From NCBI GenBank assembly GCA_051453625.1, contig JBOZIK010000001.1:20436862-20474948 (forward strand): DNA of 38,087 nucleotides, given 5' to 3'. Origin of the DNA: Welwitschia mirabilis (taxonomy: Eukaryota). Of the stretch, positions 36,293 to 38,087 are shown one piece after another. Made by a program: the position numbers and the translations under genes. The notes beneath the pieces are model-generated. The model saw only the letters and a list, made by a program, of their open reading frames with translations, did no database searches and had not been told where the DNA came from. Position 1 is the first letter of the stretch, and each line of letters begins with the position of its first letter.

Positions 36293-37505
36293 ATTCTTTC
36301 TTAGCCTTATTCCTTGATTTAAGTTATGACACTTCTTGATCATCTTTAATTTGATTTATGTTTGACTTTCATAGGTGTTACCATTGATTAAGTAATTTGA
36401 TGTTTGTTTTCAGCCATATACTTTATTACTTCATCATTCTAATGAGTAATCAATGCTTTAAAAAATGGGAGTCTAAGTTAATGGAAAAGAACAAAAAACA
36501 AAAATCAAGAGGGAAATATATTTGTTTAAAAAACTATTAATGGATCACCCTTATGTAATTATATCATGATGTACTGTCGCAAGTGTACTAGGGTAAATTT
36601 TCCTGAGAGGGGCCTTTGATAGTATGATATGATAGCTATAGAAACTCCACTAGAGGATTAGTTAAACATGATCTAGCTTTGGCTTATGGGTTATCATTCT
36701 CTTGGCAGTGGTTTCACTCCCCTCGTCATGATAAATGGTATTATTCAAGACCCCATTGACTTGAAAAATCCCATCACTTCAAGGTATAGACTTTGTGAGC
36801 ATATAAGTATATTGATCATTGGATGATATATTATCAAAGTACTATGGTTTTCATAGATGAAGAGAAATTGAATTGTAGTCCAAAGATGACTTGATACTTT
36901 GTAAAAATAACCATAAGATATTGTCATCATCATTGCCCTTTCAAATGGTACTCTATGGTATTTCACATTGAATCATGCATTTGTATATAAAGTAGCTTTA
37001 TAACCTTTACTAAGAAGTTTTACTAGGTTGGAATTTAGGGTAAGAAGTTAATCTTCTTTATGTTCTATCTTATCCATTTTTCATTTTGTGTTATCTTAGT
37101 TTCTTGATTTTTCTTCTCAAAGACATTTTTCTTACTTTTTTCAAAGTTACGATTAGGACTTAGTCATTTTCTAGTCTACTTGTTACATTTTTCATCACTT
37201 GAATATTATGCACAAAATAAAATTGACCTCCACTTTGACCATCCTTTAGCATGATAGCATTGATGCTCTCCCTCTTGACCCCTTCCTTAATAGTCTTTCT
37301 TCTTTATAACCTTCCCTACCACTTAACCTTGTAATCATGAGCTATTAATCTAGTTTGCCATCTTTTTTATGCTCCAAAAACATGCTTTTATCGGATCTAG
37401 TTGATGGCTACCTTGAATTTTCATACAGGATGATTTTTCATATTTAGACCAATTTCTTCTCTTTTTACATAGCTTGAGACAACTTTCACATTTAGTGGAG
37501 AGGAA

Positions 37506-38087
37506 TTAACTCATATATTACATGATTTATAGGTCAAAATTTTTCACTTGCCTTCACTTGACATAAATATATGCAATGATATTGAGCTAATTCTTGGTAG
37601 TATACATTATTTCACTTGTGATCTTTAACATATTTAATGTATTTTGTATTTTTTGCTCAAAACATAATTTTGATGATATATATATGTTTTGAGTTTCTTT
37701 TTCTTTTCTCTCTCATTTTGTCAGTTTCGCTTATAACTTATTATCTATTTACTTTATTAAGGATTAACAAATGCTAGATGAAAGGCTATGTTGCGAAGCC
37801 AAATTGACCTATTGGACATATTTGCATAGCATATTTTCAAGTCTTATTAATAGCAAGGATTTATGTAAATTATGCAAATCTTCCATGCAAGTCATAACAT
37901 GTAATAATTTCCAATACAAGAAGCTATTTATTTATAATAGTGGATCAAAGCATGATGATCAAAGTGCATTTGAGCAAGATAAAACTAGTCATCTACCTTA
38001 TTGTTAGGATGACTTATGCAAAGCAATAGCTATTTGATAGGATTTAACAGTTGTCCTATTTATCATTGGAATGACCATTGCAGAATG
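37506..38087 (+). repeat. 3' LTR of the Athila-like element (partial; start inferred from an upstream purine tract)
   Basis: PPT-like agtggagaggaa at 37494-37505. 37801-38087 matches the 5' LTR. Confidence 0.6.

Larger units (their letters stand above)
28461..38087 (+). mobile_element. Athila-like Ty3/Gypsy LTR retrotransposon, degenerate; 3' LTR runs off the window
   Basis: 28461-~28750 aligns by eye with 37801-38087 (LTR pair). The 5' LTR ends ...cacaaca (29630), then PBS tagcactattactaggga (29634-29651; = tRNA-Asp-type tggcgccgttgccgggga with transitions only). Domain order gag, PR, RT, RH, INT. The INT tail KLTSKWFNP..VKRVHSNGSVEI is typical of Athila. Confidence 0.88.

Noticed and set aside
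36300..37500. env-like ORF in the Athila-like 3' region; ORF 36745-36966(-)
   Set aside because: No recognisable coding remnant on the element strand, and the antisense ORF has no motif support.

Overview
Eukaryotic (land-plant) genomic DNA: very AT-rich, strongly CpG-depleted, with three assembly gaps (6492-6591, 19630-19980, 35247-35850). I find no intact protein-coding gene, RNA gene or CRISPR array. The window is almost entirely decayed retrotransposons. In order: (i) a GC/CpG-rich island (~1000-1980) with a broken C-terminal class III peroxidase fragment; (ii) a degenerate LINE with a Transposase_22/RRM-type ORF1 and APE endonuclease (+, ~3400-5115); (iii) a Ty3/Gypsy Tat/Ogre-like remnant (-, ~5480-9000); (iv) a near full-length degenerate L1 LINE (-, ~10827-16928) abutting (CT)28; (v) a three-level nest of an old Ty1/Copia (~17872-28460), a short-LTR non-autonomous element (19001-25353) and a pol-less SIRE/Maximus-like element (19257-23725) inserted into its host's primer-binding site; (vi) an Athila-like Ty3/Gypsy element (~28461 to the window end). 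All family calls come from reading degenerate motifs by eye, not from database searches. I cannot support a new biological system here. The best leads are the gene-fragment island, the atypical LINE, the PBS-splitting nested insertion, the duplicated LTR-end/PBS/gag module and the pervasive C>T/G>A decay.
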